Positions 30,601 through 38,860 are shown, counted from the first letter of the stretch. The stretch: 64,000 nucleotides of DNA from Kofleriaceae bacterium (GCA_965215005.1 CBDCCZ010000021.1:1-64000), one strand, 5' to 3'. Notes: generated from the sequence alone by a model not told the origin. Numbers and translations: made by a program.

Positions 30601-30727
30601 TTCTAGCGACGCGCGCAGCTTCTACGGCTGCCGGGCCACTCAAGGTGGCGACGCCGTGACGCTGGCGCTGATGCTGTGTGCGCTGGTCCTGTTGCAGCGC
30701 AAGTGCCGCCGCGTGCGCCGCGTGTGA
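27614..30727 (+). CDS. FG-GAP / integrin-alpha beta-propeller repeat surface protein with a MYXO-CTERM-like tail
   Basis: About 13 GD(V/L)(N/D)GDG-type Ca-binding repeats; N-terminal LAGC; C-terminal YGC-hydrophobic helix-RKCRRVRRV. Confidence 0.9.
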   Translation: MRLLCWLIILGSLLAGCDDVERQTLTFALTSGKRGVRTNFLLPSMPLTAAVAGGDVDGDGVDDALVVAADGQNRALVFSRVFSDPAAAKWDLGASPPIPEAYGLAAMIPGDLNGDGYADSIVASGENAGDTPILRSLNVYLGGPDGPSSGPTSKIQIAAGANVTSIAVAGDLNGDERADLILGGPDCVANTGRLLVLYGGSDQLSEVSSEEMMNVGAGAGAAVAPAGDLDGDGFGDVLVTANGCGGPARVHLLRGSRDGLIAVPAWTALSPDATRAFGSSISGVGDIDGDGAPDIAIGAGGRTAETPGVIYVYFGEDNSLAETSTLLIEAPNGEPRFGRSVVGLGDVNGDGLGDFGATTRFGNGRGYIYTGRLRELGGPPAAPRALIQPDAGDCLLDALTRLGDVDGDGLPEVGQALMNDRGIAIKVVGIRAAGPAPDAEWLSHPTDQRDARLGTSVATAGDVDGDGFTDLLAGAPRWDGQAENEGSAYLFRGSATGLHSEPAWSAAPTGQLGAEFGHSMAACDVNGDGFSDVVIAARSWDGEQPNIGRAFAFLGSRTGLSEVPDWEVSPTSLRGAHFGAVVTVAGDVNGDGFCDIAISADNWNGEAAAEGRVYVFHGSRAGLATEPAVALDSSDQELANFGQGLSGAGDVNGDGYDDLLVGADDWTGEASAEGRAYLFAGGPDGVAVEPIWTADPTDNDGAGYGEPVAAAGDVNGDGYADFLVGAFGYGQGAGRAYLYYGGPSGPLPEPWLAGDANVAMAALGAGLAAGDVNGDGVGDAVVGTRTGVSEVSWRAAVYLGQSTGLRAEPERLLSSTGYNTDVAAALTVADFNGDGFGDVIAGATRFAGEVPGEGGVFGYYGGDGGRGVARGLGQFNVTNRERIGAGGVADGDVMLEMRINPESPYGGLYRVEFEITAAAAFVGEDLRLSAPVVRGDVATVTLQELAPGAYQWRARLVYPAGLGHGQWVGFDLNNVEMPDFIVEPLSPRGGSDGDASSSDARSFYGCRATQGGDAVTLALMLCALVLLQRKCRRVRRV

Positions 30728-30729
30728 TG

Positions 30730-32142
30730 TCAGAGCAGGCCTTCGAGTGGGCCGGTGCAGGCATCGCCATTGCCAAAGCTGCGCATCGGAACCCCCATCA
30801 TGTTTGCCACCGATACCAACAGGTTGTTGTGTGGCAGACCCGTGGTGGGGAACCCTCGATCACGGGTCTGGCGCGGAAGCTGTAAGTAACGTCCCGTTCG
30901 CAGCGCACCGCCGGCCTGACCCGCCAGCATCCACGGTAGCAGGTGCAGGTCGTGACTTCCTGAGGCGATCTGCCCACACCAGAGCACGACGGTGTTGTGC
31001 AATAGCGAGTTACCGTCAGCGTCCGGCATGTCCTTGAGCATCTGCAACGTGTTTGCGAGGTACCGCGCGTATCCAACGTAGAGTCTTTGCACCACCGCGA
31101 CGGCGTCGGCATTGTCGCGCAGTCCGCCGTTTTCGGCGGTCTTATGGATGAGATCGTGCAGAGCGCTGGTCCCGAACATGCCCGGCGTGTAGCCGGCTGC
31201 ATCATTACTGAGCTGTTCGATGTCGATTGTGACCACCCGTGTCAGATCGCAGGCAAGCGCGGTGACGCCAAGCCGGGTGAAGATTTCGGTTCTGCGATCG
31301 AGACAGGTGGGACCGGCTCCATACGGGCACGCGCCATCAAAGTCGCCAATGAGGGACATCCGCTCGGGGACCTCGCAGGTGAGCCCGGCACTGAGCGCTA
31401 GCCTCGCTTCGAGATCTCGAATCTGGTCGGCATGTGCTTCGAGCTTGCGACGGTCGTCAGTCGCAAGTTGATTCTTCACCGATTGGAGCTCGTCTTTGAC
31501 CAGGTCGAGCACGCTCTGATCCCTTCGTGCTCTGGCAAGGTCGCCGTCCGGACCGTGCCCACCGGGAAACAGCCGGTCAAATGCCTTGTTGGCATCGGCC
31601 TCGGCAGGAACGTATTCGCCGGCGCCGCTCCACGAGACGCCCGTCTTGAAGGAGCCATTGCCTACGCACGTGTATTCTAGCGATGGGATCGCAGTCAACG
31701 GCCGATTCGCATTGAGCGCATTGGCGATTGCAATGTTGATGCTCGGTCCTCCTGCTTGCGCGTCACCGGAGCGGCTGATTCCAGTCAACGCATGCGTACC
31801 GCCTGCCACGTGGGCATTGGCTGCGGGCGAGGAGTCGAGCTCTGCTGAGATCATGTCGAGCCCATCGAGCACGACCAGATCGTCCTGGTGCGCGCGCAGA
31901 GGGGCATGAAGTGGACCCAGCTCGAAGGCACGCTCGGTGGGCGCAGCGCCGCCGAGCCCTCGCGGTCGCCACTTGCTGCGCAGTGTGCCTTGATGGGTAT
32001 AGAAGATGAGCAGGCGCGTCGGTACAGAGCCCTCTGCAGCCCGAGCAAATCGCCGATGGCCAAGCGAGGGCAAAAAGTAGGCTCCACCCAAAAGGCCGAG
32101 CGTACGGAGCATCGAGCGACGCGACAAGCGAGTGTTTTGCAT
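30730..32142 (-). CDS. DUF1552 family Tat-exported protein
   Basis: LSRRSMLR Tat signal, SVLDLV, DRRKLEAH...IRDLE, ALACDLTRV, GNSLLHNT, AGQAGGALRTGR. Confidence 0.88.
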   Translation of the reverse strand: MQNTRLSRRSMLRTLGLLGGAYFLPSLGHRRFARAAEGSVPTRLLIFYTHQGTLRSKWRPRGLGGAAPTERAFELGPLHAPLRAHQDDLVVLDGLDMISAELDSSPAANAHVAGGTHALTGISRSGDAQAGGPSINIAIANALNANRPLTAIPSLEYTCVGNGSFKTGVSWSGAGEYVPAEADANKAFDRLFPGGHGPDGDLARARRDQSVLDLVKDELQSVKNQLATDDRRKLEAHADQIRDLEARLALSAGLTCEVPERMSLIGDFDGACPYGAGPTCLDRRTEIFTRLGVTALACDLTRVVTIDIEQLSNDAAGYTPGMFGTSALHDLIHKTAENGGLRDNADAVAVVQRLYVGYARYLANTLQMLKDMPDADGNSLLHNTVVLWCGQIASGSHDLHLLPWMLAGQAGGALRTGRYLQLPRQTRDRGFPTTGLPHNNLLVSVANMMGVPMRSFGNGDACTGPLEGLL

Positions 32143-32157
32143 GTCTATCGTGTCTTT

Positions 32158-33828
32158 CTACTGCTGGAGCGCCGCGCGGTGCGTGAAAGCTGCGCTGGTG
32201 ACCACATGAACGAGAAGCTCACGCAGGTCATAGCCGGATGCTGCAAAATCCGCACTCAGGGCCGTTACTAATTCTCGGTCGAGCTCAGCTCGAGGAACTC
32301 GATAGGCATAGGATAGCCAGTGTGCAGTCACACACCTGGCGACTTGCTCGCTAGATGCCAGCAATCGCGACAGCTCAGGTGCTCCGTAGAATTCTCCATC
32401 CACGTCACTGGTTCCGGTTAGCCAGCCCGACCCGTCAACTGGTAGCTCGTTGTCGAGCACGCGCCACTGTCCGATGGCGTCATAGTGAGAAAATGCAAAG
32501 CCCACCCCGTCGATGGATTTATGACAGGCGGCACAGGTTCCTTGCTCGTGCGTCATCGCGATGCGCTGACGCGTCGTCGCCGGTTGATCTGGATCAAAAG
32601 GCGGGACGTCGAGAATCACGTCGGCTGGCGCCGGCGGTGGGCGCTGGCAGAGCAGTCTATCGAGAACGAAGACCCCTCGTTGCACCGGGGCGTCGGCGGT
32701 TTCATTCGCCATCGCGGCGAGAAATCCGACCTGCGTCAACAGACCGGCGCGCTCCGCTGGATCGAGATCGACGAGCGTTTGACCGTCGCCACCTGGTGAA
32801 TCGACGCCGTAGAGCGGCGCCAGTTCATCATCGACGAAGGCGCGGGAATCGAGCAGCAGCGCTGAGAGGCTACCTTCCTCCCAAACCGCGTGATCGACGA
32901 ACGCTCGGAGCGACTGTCGCATCGAGCGAGCGACCTCAGCGTTGAACTCCGGGAATAGTTCCTCGCTCTTGACGAGCTCGCCGAGTGCATCGTACTCGAG
33001 CCATTGGCGATAGAAATTGCGTACGCCAACTCGTGCGCGATCATCGGCCATGAGCCGGCGAGCGTGGGTCTCGATACTCGCGGCATCCGTTAGAGCGCCA
33101 GCAGCCGCGGCATCGAGTAGGGTTTCATCGGGAGGGCTGCCCCATAGAAGGTAGGAGAGTCGCGTGGCGACCTCGTAGGAGGTGAGGGGCACTGCGCTGT
33201 CTTGGATCGCTTCGCCGCTACCGAGCTCGAGGCGATAGAGGAACTTGGGCGACTGCAGGAAGATCTCGATGAGGAGCTGAATGCTTGCTGCGAAGGAGTC
33301 TTGCGCGCGCTCGAGCGCATAAAGCTCGCGCAACTTCGCGCTCTCGACTTCCGTGAGCGGCCGCCGATACACGCGGCGGCCAAAGCGTTCGATGAACGTC
33401 GCGGCGCAATCGAGCTCTTCATCGGGGGTGCTTGGGGCACACGGCAGAAACGCATCGAGCTGACCGACGGCAGCGGAAGCAATGGCAATGGCTGCGCTGC
33501 GATACGTCTCGATTAGCAGTGGAGTGGGCGACTGCGAATTGCTGTCATTGTCGAAGCCGCTGACCGTCGCATCGATCGGCAACACGACATTTGGCAGCTC
33601 CAACCCCGGGAACAGGTCCGCAATGCTTTGCTCGTACTCAAAGGCCGACAATCGCGCGAGCGGTGCGGGTCCGTACGCCGGAGCTGTCGGCTCGTCATTG
33701 CTCGGATCCGCGGCGGCCCCGTTGGGGCCCCATATTTTGCCCTCGCAGCCTGCGAGGGACGCGAGGGCGTGCAGAACGAGGACCGCGGTGGGCAGGGCTC
33801 TCATGGGCATTCGCATGCGCCTCTGCAT
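32158..33828 (-). CDS. DUF1587/1595/1592/1588/1585 multidomain lipoprotein
   Basis: LAGC lipobox, RLSAFEY, LQSPKFLYRLE, EVATRLSYLLWGSPPD, RAGLLTQ, PVQRG, CAACH. The real start may be a downstream Met. Confidence 0.88.
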   Translation of the reverse strand: MQRRMRMPMRALPTAVLVLHALASLAGCEGKIWGPNGAAADPSNDEPTAPAYGPAPLARLSAFEYEQSIADLFPGLELPNVVLPIDATVSGFDNDSNSQSPTPLLIETYRSAAIAIASAAVGQLDAFLPCAPSTPDEELDCAATFIERFGRRVYRRPLTEVESAKLRELYALERAQDSFAASIQLLIEIFLQSPKFLYRLELGSGEAIQDSAVPLTSYEVATRLSYLLWGSPPDETLLDAAAAGALTDAASIETHARRLMADDRARVGVRNFYRQWLEYDALGELVKSEELFPEFNAEVARSMRQSLRAFVDHAVWEEGSLSALLLDSRAFVDDELAPLYGVDSPGGDGQTLVDLDPAERAGLLTQVGFLAAMANETADAPVQRGVFVLDRLLCQRPPPAPADVILDVPPFDPDQPATTRQRIAMTHEQGTCAACHKSIDGVGFAFSHYDAIGQWRVLDNELPVDGSGWLTGTSDVDGEFYGAPELSRLLASSEQVARCVTAHWLSYAYRVPRAELDRELVTALSADFAASGYDLRELLVHVVTSAAFTHRAALQQ

Positions 33829-33832
33829 GACA

Positions 33833-33847
33833 GCAACTTCTGTTCCT
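33833..33847 (-). promoter_or_regulatory. Sigma54 -24/-12 promoter candidate
   Basis: AGGAAC-AGAAG-TTGC immediately upstream of the DUF1592 gene. Confidence 0.45.
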
Positions 33848-34004
33848 GCCGCAGCATGCTGCTAGGCGGTTGTTATCTATGGTTATTTCTGCGACGGCGC
33901 GAGGTGGGAGAGGCGATTGGAGAGAATAATCACCACCAGCGCACGTTGCGGGTCCCGGGGCTATTGTGGGGGTGTGAGCGCAGAGGCAGGACTGTCGTGC
34001 TACG

Positions 34005-35465
34005 TCAGCGACAGATGTCCTGGGCCTCTCGAAAGCACGCTTTCCCGCCCGCATGGCACACGCAGGTGAACGCCTGGTCGAGATTGCAGGTCTTGACGAA
34101 GGAGTCATAGCTGCCGCACAGGGGCTCACCGTAGCGCTGGGGATCGGTGAAACAGGATTTTCCGCCGCTGCCGCGCACGCAATCGAAGATGCTCTGATAG
34201 TGGAGTTGTAGCCCAGCAACGTTGCACTTTGTCGAGCCGACCTTAGGACCCTCGACCGCGTATCGCTCGCAGCTGCTACTCGGAGAAGCGGGCGTGGTTT
34301 GATGGTCGCGTGTCCAAATATCTACGTCGAATAGCGTGAAGAGCCGGTAACGCAGTCCGACGCGACTTCCCAGCGCCTCGAACAAGTTGAGTGCAGCTCC
34401 GACTTCCGAGTTGACGTTGATGCCGAGCCTCAACCCAGATTCACGGTTGGTAGTTTCATAGATTCGTAGAAAGACGTTGGGCTCGACGTCTATATAGACG
34501 CCGGCCACCTTGAATGGAGCGACAGTGACTTTAGGTTTGATGAAGATCTTGCCTTCGAGGAGGAAGTCGCTGGTTGCCGAGACTCGGGGTGCGTGAGCGG
34601 TGGCTATAGGTGTGTGAACACGAAGCGGGGCGACCCACCCGTCTCCCGGCGCATGGTCGACCGCGCCGCTGAGGCGCTCGTTGAGCTCGATAGGAACAGT
34701 GATGTCGATGTCACCGTCGTAGGCGACCGACCAACCGGCAACCAGCTCCACCGTAATTACGATGGGAACCCAGCCGGCGAGTATCACGAAGTCGCGCTTC
34801 ATCCCCGGCAGCGGCGCTTCGTGCCCCACCCGCCCGGCGCCATGCGCTTCGAGGTGCAAGTTGAAGCTTGCAGCTAGCTTGATGTCGTAGTCGGCGTGGA
34901 ATCGTCGCTCGGCGAGATTCATTGTCGCGCTCACGTCGGGAGTCACTGAGTAGGTTGCCGCGGAGATGCCTGTGTTCACGTTTCCTGAGGCGAAGAGCCG
35001 CATAGAGCCAAGCGCGAACGCAAACCTTTGGGAGTCGGCGCGAGCGCTGTCGATGGAGCTAGGTGCGAAGTGCACGGAGAAGTCGAGCTGGTCGAATGCG
35101 TCGCCTAGACCGGCGAGCTCGGTTGTGGCTACGAATGTCGTGTCACTTAGTCGCTCGAGCTCGACGACACGGCGAATCTCATTCGCGGCGACTAACACCG
35201 TACCCGCGGCGATCGTGGGTGCGTCGGGGGCAATTGAGAGGGTAAGCGTTTGCTCCGTTGCTGCGACGAGCTCTACGCCTGAAGCTGAACCGAGTCGGAC
35301 GGCATCTCGCCGCAGCTCGACCTGGTGCAGCTCCGCCTGTACAGCCTCGCTTGGTTGTAGGTTGTCGGTTGCATTGTCTAAACAACCGGCCGTCAATGCC
35401 AGCGGTATGGCCAGCTGCAACAGCCGATTGCAGAGGAGCGGTCGACGTCGTAGAGCGCGATGCAT
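34005..35465 (-). CDS. Hypothetical beta-rich lipoprotein with a Cys-rich C-terminal domain (paralog A)
   Basis: LTAGC lipobox; shares RDFVILAGWVP and VTVAPF motifs with the neighbour; about 10 Cys in the last 90 aa. ATG at 35465 chosen from promoter position. Confidence 0.78.
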   Translation of the reverse strand: MHRALRRRPLLCNRLLQLAIPLALTAGCLDNATDNLQPSEAVQAELHQVELRRDAVRLGSASGVELVAATEQTLTLSIAPDAPTIAAGTVLVAANEIRRVVELERLSDTTFVATTELAGLGDAFDQLDFSVHFAPSSIDSARADSQRFAFALGSMRLFASGNVNTGISAATYSVTPDVSATMNLAERRFHADYDIKLAASFNLHLEAHGAGRVGHEAPLPGMKRDFVILAGWVPIVITVELVAGWSVAYDGDIDITVPIELNERLSGAVDHAPGDGWVAPLRVHTPIATAHAPRVSATSDFLLEGKIFIKPKVTVAPFKVAGVYIDVEPNVFLRIYETTNRESGLRLGINVNSEVGAALNLFEALGSRVGLRYRLFTLFDVDIWTRDHQTTPASPSSSCERYAVEGPKVGSTKCNVAGLQLHYQSIFDCVRGSGGKSCFTDPQRYGEPLCGSYDSFVKTCNLDQAFTCVCHAGGKACFREAQDICR

Positions 35466-35479
35466 TCTCGACTCGCATC

Positions 35480-35494
35480 GCAAAGCCGGTACCA
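35480..35494 (-). promoter_or_regulatory. Sigma54 -24/-12 promoter candidate
   Basis: TGGTAC-CGGCT-TTGC, ending 14 nt before ATG 35465. Confidence 0.65.
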
Positions 35495-35630
35495 AACCGG
35501 CTCTAACGGCGCCTAGAGGCGAAAATCAGCTCTGCTCGTCATTTTTTTACAGCTGAGAAACCGGCTCGTTGCATCCTACGGAATCGTGCGACGCCGCTGT
35601 CACCGTGGATAGCACAGCCGGCTTTCACGG

Positions 35631-36923
35631 CTACTCGAGTAGCCGGTTCAATTGGCCCCGATAGCTCACAGCCCCTCGGCGAACCGGGGGCGCGCTTGCC
35701 TGGACCGGCGGCCCAGCTAGAGGAGCAGTATCGGTCGGAGGTTCATCGCCGCTGCCGTTGCCAAAGGTCGTGCTCCAGATGGTCGTGTCGAGGAGCCGGA
35801 ACAATGCGTACTCGATACGGCCACCGCGCCGCAGAATCTTGAAGAAGTCGACTACGAAGCCGGCTTCCGCAGCGAAGCGGGCGCCAACTTCGGCCCTCCA
35901 GCTCGCTTCGTCCCCGTTGCCGCGAGCGTACGCACTCGGAGTAATCTCGACGTAGGGACCAGCGACGCGAAACGGAGCCACGGTCACGCGCGGCTGTAGT
36001 GAGACGGTTGCCCCAACCCCCCATGCTCCGCCGAGCTGCAGGGTAGGGATACCGCCGTCCGCCCATGCGTCATGCTCATCCAGCTTGGCGCTCCATCCGA
36101 TCCCTGGCTGATGATCTAACGAGCCGCGGACGGTACCCGCTAGGCCCACCGGCATCGTCAGATCGACGGCGCCAGAATACTCCACCTGCCACGTGGCGAT
36201 GAGCTCGATGGTGATGACCACGGGAACCCACCCGGCCAAGATCACGAAATCGCGATTGGCTCCTGGAATGGGAAAGCTATCGCCATGCGCACCGTTGCCG
36301 CGCGCTTGCAGAAGAAGCTCGAAGCTCGCATCCACCTCGAGCGCATAATCGAGATGAAAGCGCTGCGTCGCCAGATCGAGCTGCGTATGGATGTCTGGAA
36401 TTACTTCGACGGCTGCATTCTGAATGTCGCCACGCGCATTCGGCAGCGAGAACAGCGGGAAAGTGCCCAGGTCAAAGCGCAACCCGCTGGCGCCGCCTGC
36501 GTTGGGGTCGGGCTCGAGTGCAGCGTTGAGCGTGAGCTCCTCGAAGGCCTCCTCGAGCTGCGCTGGCTCGGTGACTGCGGTCAAGAGGCCGTCGCGATCA
36601 TTGGCAATCGAGACTACGCGTCGCAGCTGGCCATCCGAAACGAGTACGTTACCGGCTGCGATTCCTGGCGCGTCCAGGCCCGGCTGCAGCGTGACGCTCG
36701 ACGCTGTCTCGTCGACGACCGGCAGCTGCGTGCCGGCTCCAACGCGAATGGCGGCTTCGGTTAGCTGCGCACTCTGCAGCTCGGCACTGGCGATCGGCTC
36801 GTAGACGCCAACGTCACCACCGGTGCAGCCTGCTGTAGCAACTATCGTTGCCAGCGATACGAGGGTGAGAGGAATGAAGGAGGGGAGAGAAGGAGAGGTC
36901 GGTGCCCGATCGGCTGCATTCAT
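35631..36923 (-). CDS. Hypothetical beta-rich lipoprotein (paralog B); C-terminus possibly frameshifted
   Basis: ATAGC lipobox; colinear similarity to 34005-35465. Confidence 0.75.
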   Translation of the reverse strand: MNAADRAPTSPSLPSFIPLTLVSLATIVATAGCTGGDVGVYEPIASAELQSAQLTEAAIRVGAGTQLPVVDETASSVTLQPGLDAPGIAAGNVLVSDGQLRRVVSIANDRDGLLTAVTEPAQLEEAFEELTLNAALEPDPNAGGASGLRFDLGTFPLFSLPNARGDIQNAAVEVIPDIHTQLDLATQRFHLDYALEVDASFELLLQARGNGAHGDSFPIPGANRDFVILAGWVPVVITIELIATWQVEYSGAVDLTMPVGLAGTVRGSLDHQPGIGWSAKLDEHDAWADGGIPTLQLGGAWGVGATVSLQPRVTVAPFRVAGPYVEITPSAYARGNGDEASWRAEVGARFAAEAGFVVDFFKILRRGGRIEYALFRLLDTTIWSTTFGNGSGDEPPTDTAPLAGPPVQASAPPVRRGAVSYRGQLNRLLE

Positions 36924-36936
36924 GTCGCAACGCAGA

Positions 36937-36951
36937 GCAAGCTCAGTGCCC
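36937..36951 (-). promoter_or_regulatory. Sigma54 -24/-12 promoter candidate
   Basis: GGGCAC-TGAGC-TTGC, ending 13 nt before ATG 36923. Confidence 0.65.
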
Positions 36952-37064
36952 AGGTTGCTAATCCGGCGTTACTTGCCGAGTTGCTTGCCGAAGTGAGGAC
37001 CGGCAGGCATCGACGGCGGCGGAATCGCCCTCACGCTTCACGGATGCAGCCTACTGTCGTCAGT

Positions 37065-37088
37065 GGCTGGAGACTGAACTCTCCAGCC
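37065..37088. terminator. GC-rich hairpin downstream of the DUF1996 gene
   Basis: GGCTGGAGA-CTGAAC-TCTCCAGCC (9-bp stem); no U-tract. Confidence 0.4.
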
Positions 37089-37159
37089 GATAGACGGCGT
37101 CATGAAGTGACGCTTAGCGAACCTTCGCGCGCTGGAGCGTCAACGTCATGACTGGTTTG

Positions 37160-38321
37160 CTAGCGGGTAACTGGCCAAAGCTTGACAGCATCGGCAACGG
37201 CGCGGGTGCCGCCGCTTGGTTGAAAGTTGTTGTGCGTTTCTACCCAATCACCTTTCGCCATCCGATAGCGGCCAAGACGCACCCAGGTGCCTTGGTTGCC
37301 GAGCTTGCTCATATCCACCTTCTTATATTCAGTGCCTCCTCGATGCCGTACGGCGAAGGGTTGGTTGCTCGTCATGCCGCCGCCTCCGGCACGGACGAAT
37401 ACGTCGTACTGCTGCGCGCGGCTTGACAGTGCGGGGGTGAATCTGGCTCTGGCCTTTCCACCTTCCTGCGCCTCCCGATACGACCAGCTCGATCCAATGA
37501 AGCCAAACCCCCACGATTGACCGTTCCAAAAGTTGCCTGCGTAGCCCGGGTCGTCGTTGTCTACGACGATGGGCGCGTCGGCCTCTGGAATCGTGAGTCT
37601 CCAGCCGTTGCCCAAGTCGCCGTTGTTGCACGTGCGACCACGACGGATGCAATGCTCGACGAACTCGTCCATCACCTCTTGCTTCCATCCATTCCACCAA
37701 TCGGCGTGAAGGCTAGCGCCAGGAGCTCCATCGCCCGCGTCGGAGGAAAGACGCCATCCCTGCGTGCCGTTGTCGTCTTTGATCGTCCACTCGGCGACTA
37801 CTGTGATCGCAGGAATCACAGCCGGGTGCGAGCTCGGGCAGCCCGAGATTCCCGATCCATAGACGACGTGGCTGCGATGGTCTTTTGAGTCTAGTCGCTT
37901 GCCATCCCAGCACTGAGGAAAGTGAATCCAAGCGCTCAACGTGTCGCCTTGCCTGCACCCGCGAATGTTGTCCTTGCCTCGCGCGCAGTCGCCCCAGAAG
38001 GCGCCATTCATCGAGCCACTCTTGCTATCGAACCCACCGATGAGGCGTAGCCCTTTGGGAGCTGAAACGATCTTCTGCCGTGGTTCGATGTAGCCACTCT
38101 TGTAGTAGATCTTGAGCTGCGTCGGTTCCTGCCGTCGACCGGCGCTGTCGAGAAGCGTTGGAAACCAGTAGGACGAAAGGTTGCGGATGCCGCCGGCGCA
38201 CGAGGTCTCCCCGGCAAGGAGACTCTTGGTGGTGGTATTGGCGTCTACGAACCGGTTGCCAATGAACGTGTGGTCGTGTGCTGCGCCCGGTTGCACGTCT
38301 AACTATGCTCAGGCGCCGCAT
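37160..38321 (-). pseudogene. DUF1996 plus golvesin-like C-terminal domain protein, 5' disrupted
   Basis: AHDHTFIGN, NLSSYWFP, FPQCWDG, SLHADWWNGW (DUF1996); IVVDNDD...WVRLGRY...ADAVKL (golvesin-like). The domain frame is closed by TAG just upstream of GTG 38296, and ATG 38321 (MRRLSIV) is in another frame. Confidence 0.7.
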
Positions 38322-38357
38322 CTGTAGCGCGTGGCCGTGCTTGTGCGGTTTGATAAG

Positions 38358-38373
38358 AGCAAGACATATGCCG
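38358..38373 (-). promoter_or_regulatory. Sigma54 -24/-12 promoter candidate
   Basis: CGGCAT-ATGTC-TTGCT, ending 36 nt before ATG 38321. Confidence 0.6.
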
Positions 38374-38399
38374 TCAGGAGCCAGATATCTGGCTCCTGA
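38374..38399. repeat. Perfect 26-bp palindrome
   Basis: TCAGGAGCCAGAT|ATCTGGCTCCTGA with no spacer. Confidence 0.95.
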
Positions 38400-38649
38400 A
38401 CTTCAGACGCTGCGAATCTACGGTGGCGAGTGGATGCCCCGCTGAGGGTGGTGGCCACCATCGCTGGTCGGCCTCGAGGTTCCGTGTAGGAACGCGCAGC
38501 ACGGTTAGCGCAGGCCTTCGCAGCGGCGCGGGTCCACGCGCGCGTATCATGGCAACGCGCGGCAGGTGCAATGGTGCAAGCGCTTACTTGCTAGAGAAGC
38601 GCCGTGCCGCCCGCGGACTCTGAAGAGCCGCGCGGGCACGATGGCACGT

Positions 38650-38724
38650 TGGAGCGGGGTACGGGATTTGAACCCGCGACCTTCAGCTTGGGAAGCTGAC
38701 ACTCTACCGCTGAGTTAACCCCGC
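38650..38724 (-). tRNA. tRNA-Gly (CCC)
   Basis: Reverse complement is GCGGGGTTAACTCAGCGGTAGAGTGTCAGCTTCCCAAGCTGAAGGTCGCGGGTTCAAATCCCGTACCCCGCTCCA: cloverleaf, TTCAAAT T-loop, CCC anticodon, encoded CCA. Confidence 0.97.
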
Positions 38725-38860
38725 GTAGGTGCGGCAACGATACTGCAACGGCGGATGGAGTCAAGGGCGAGTGCGGCGCTTGTCGCGAGCTTGCCGCGCC
38801 GCGCAGAGTGCTCGCGAGATGCTCCGGGCGGAGGGGCAAGTTCTGCTATGGTCGCGCGCC

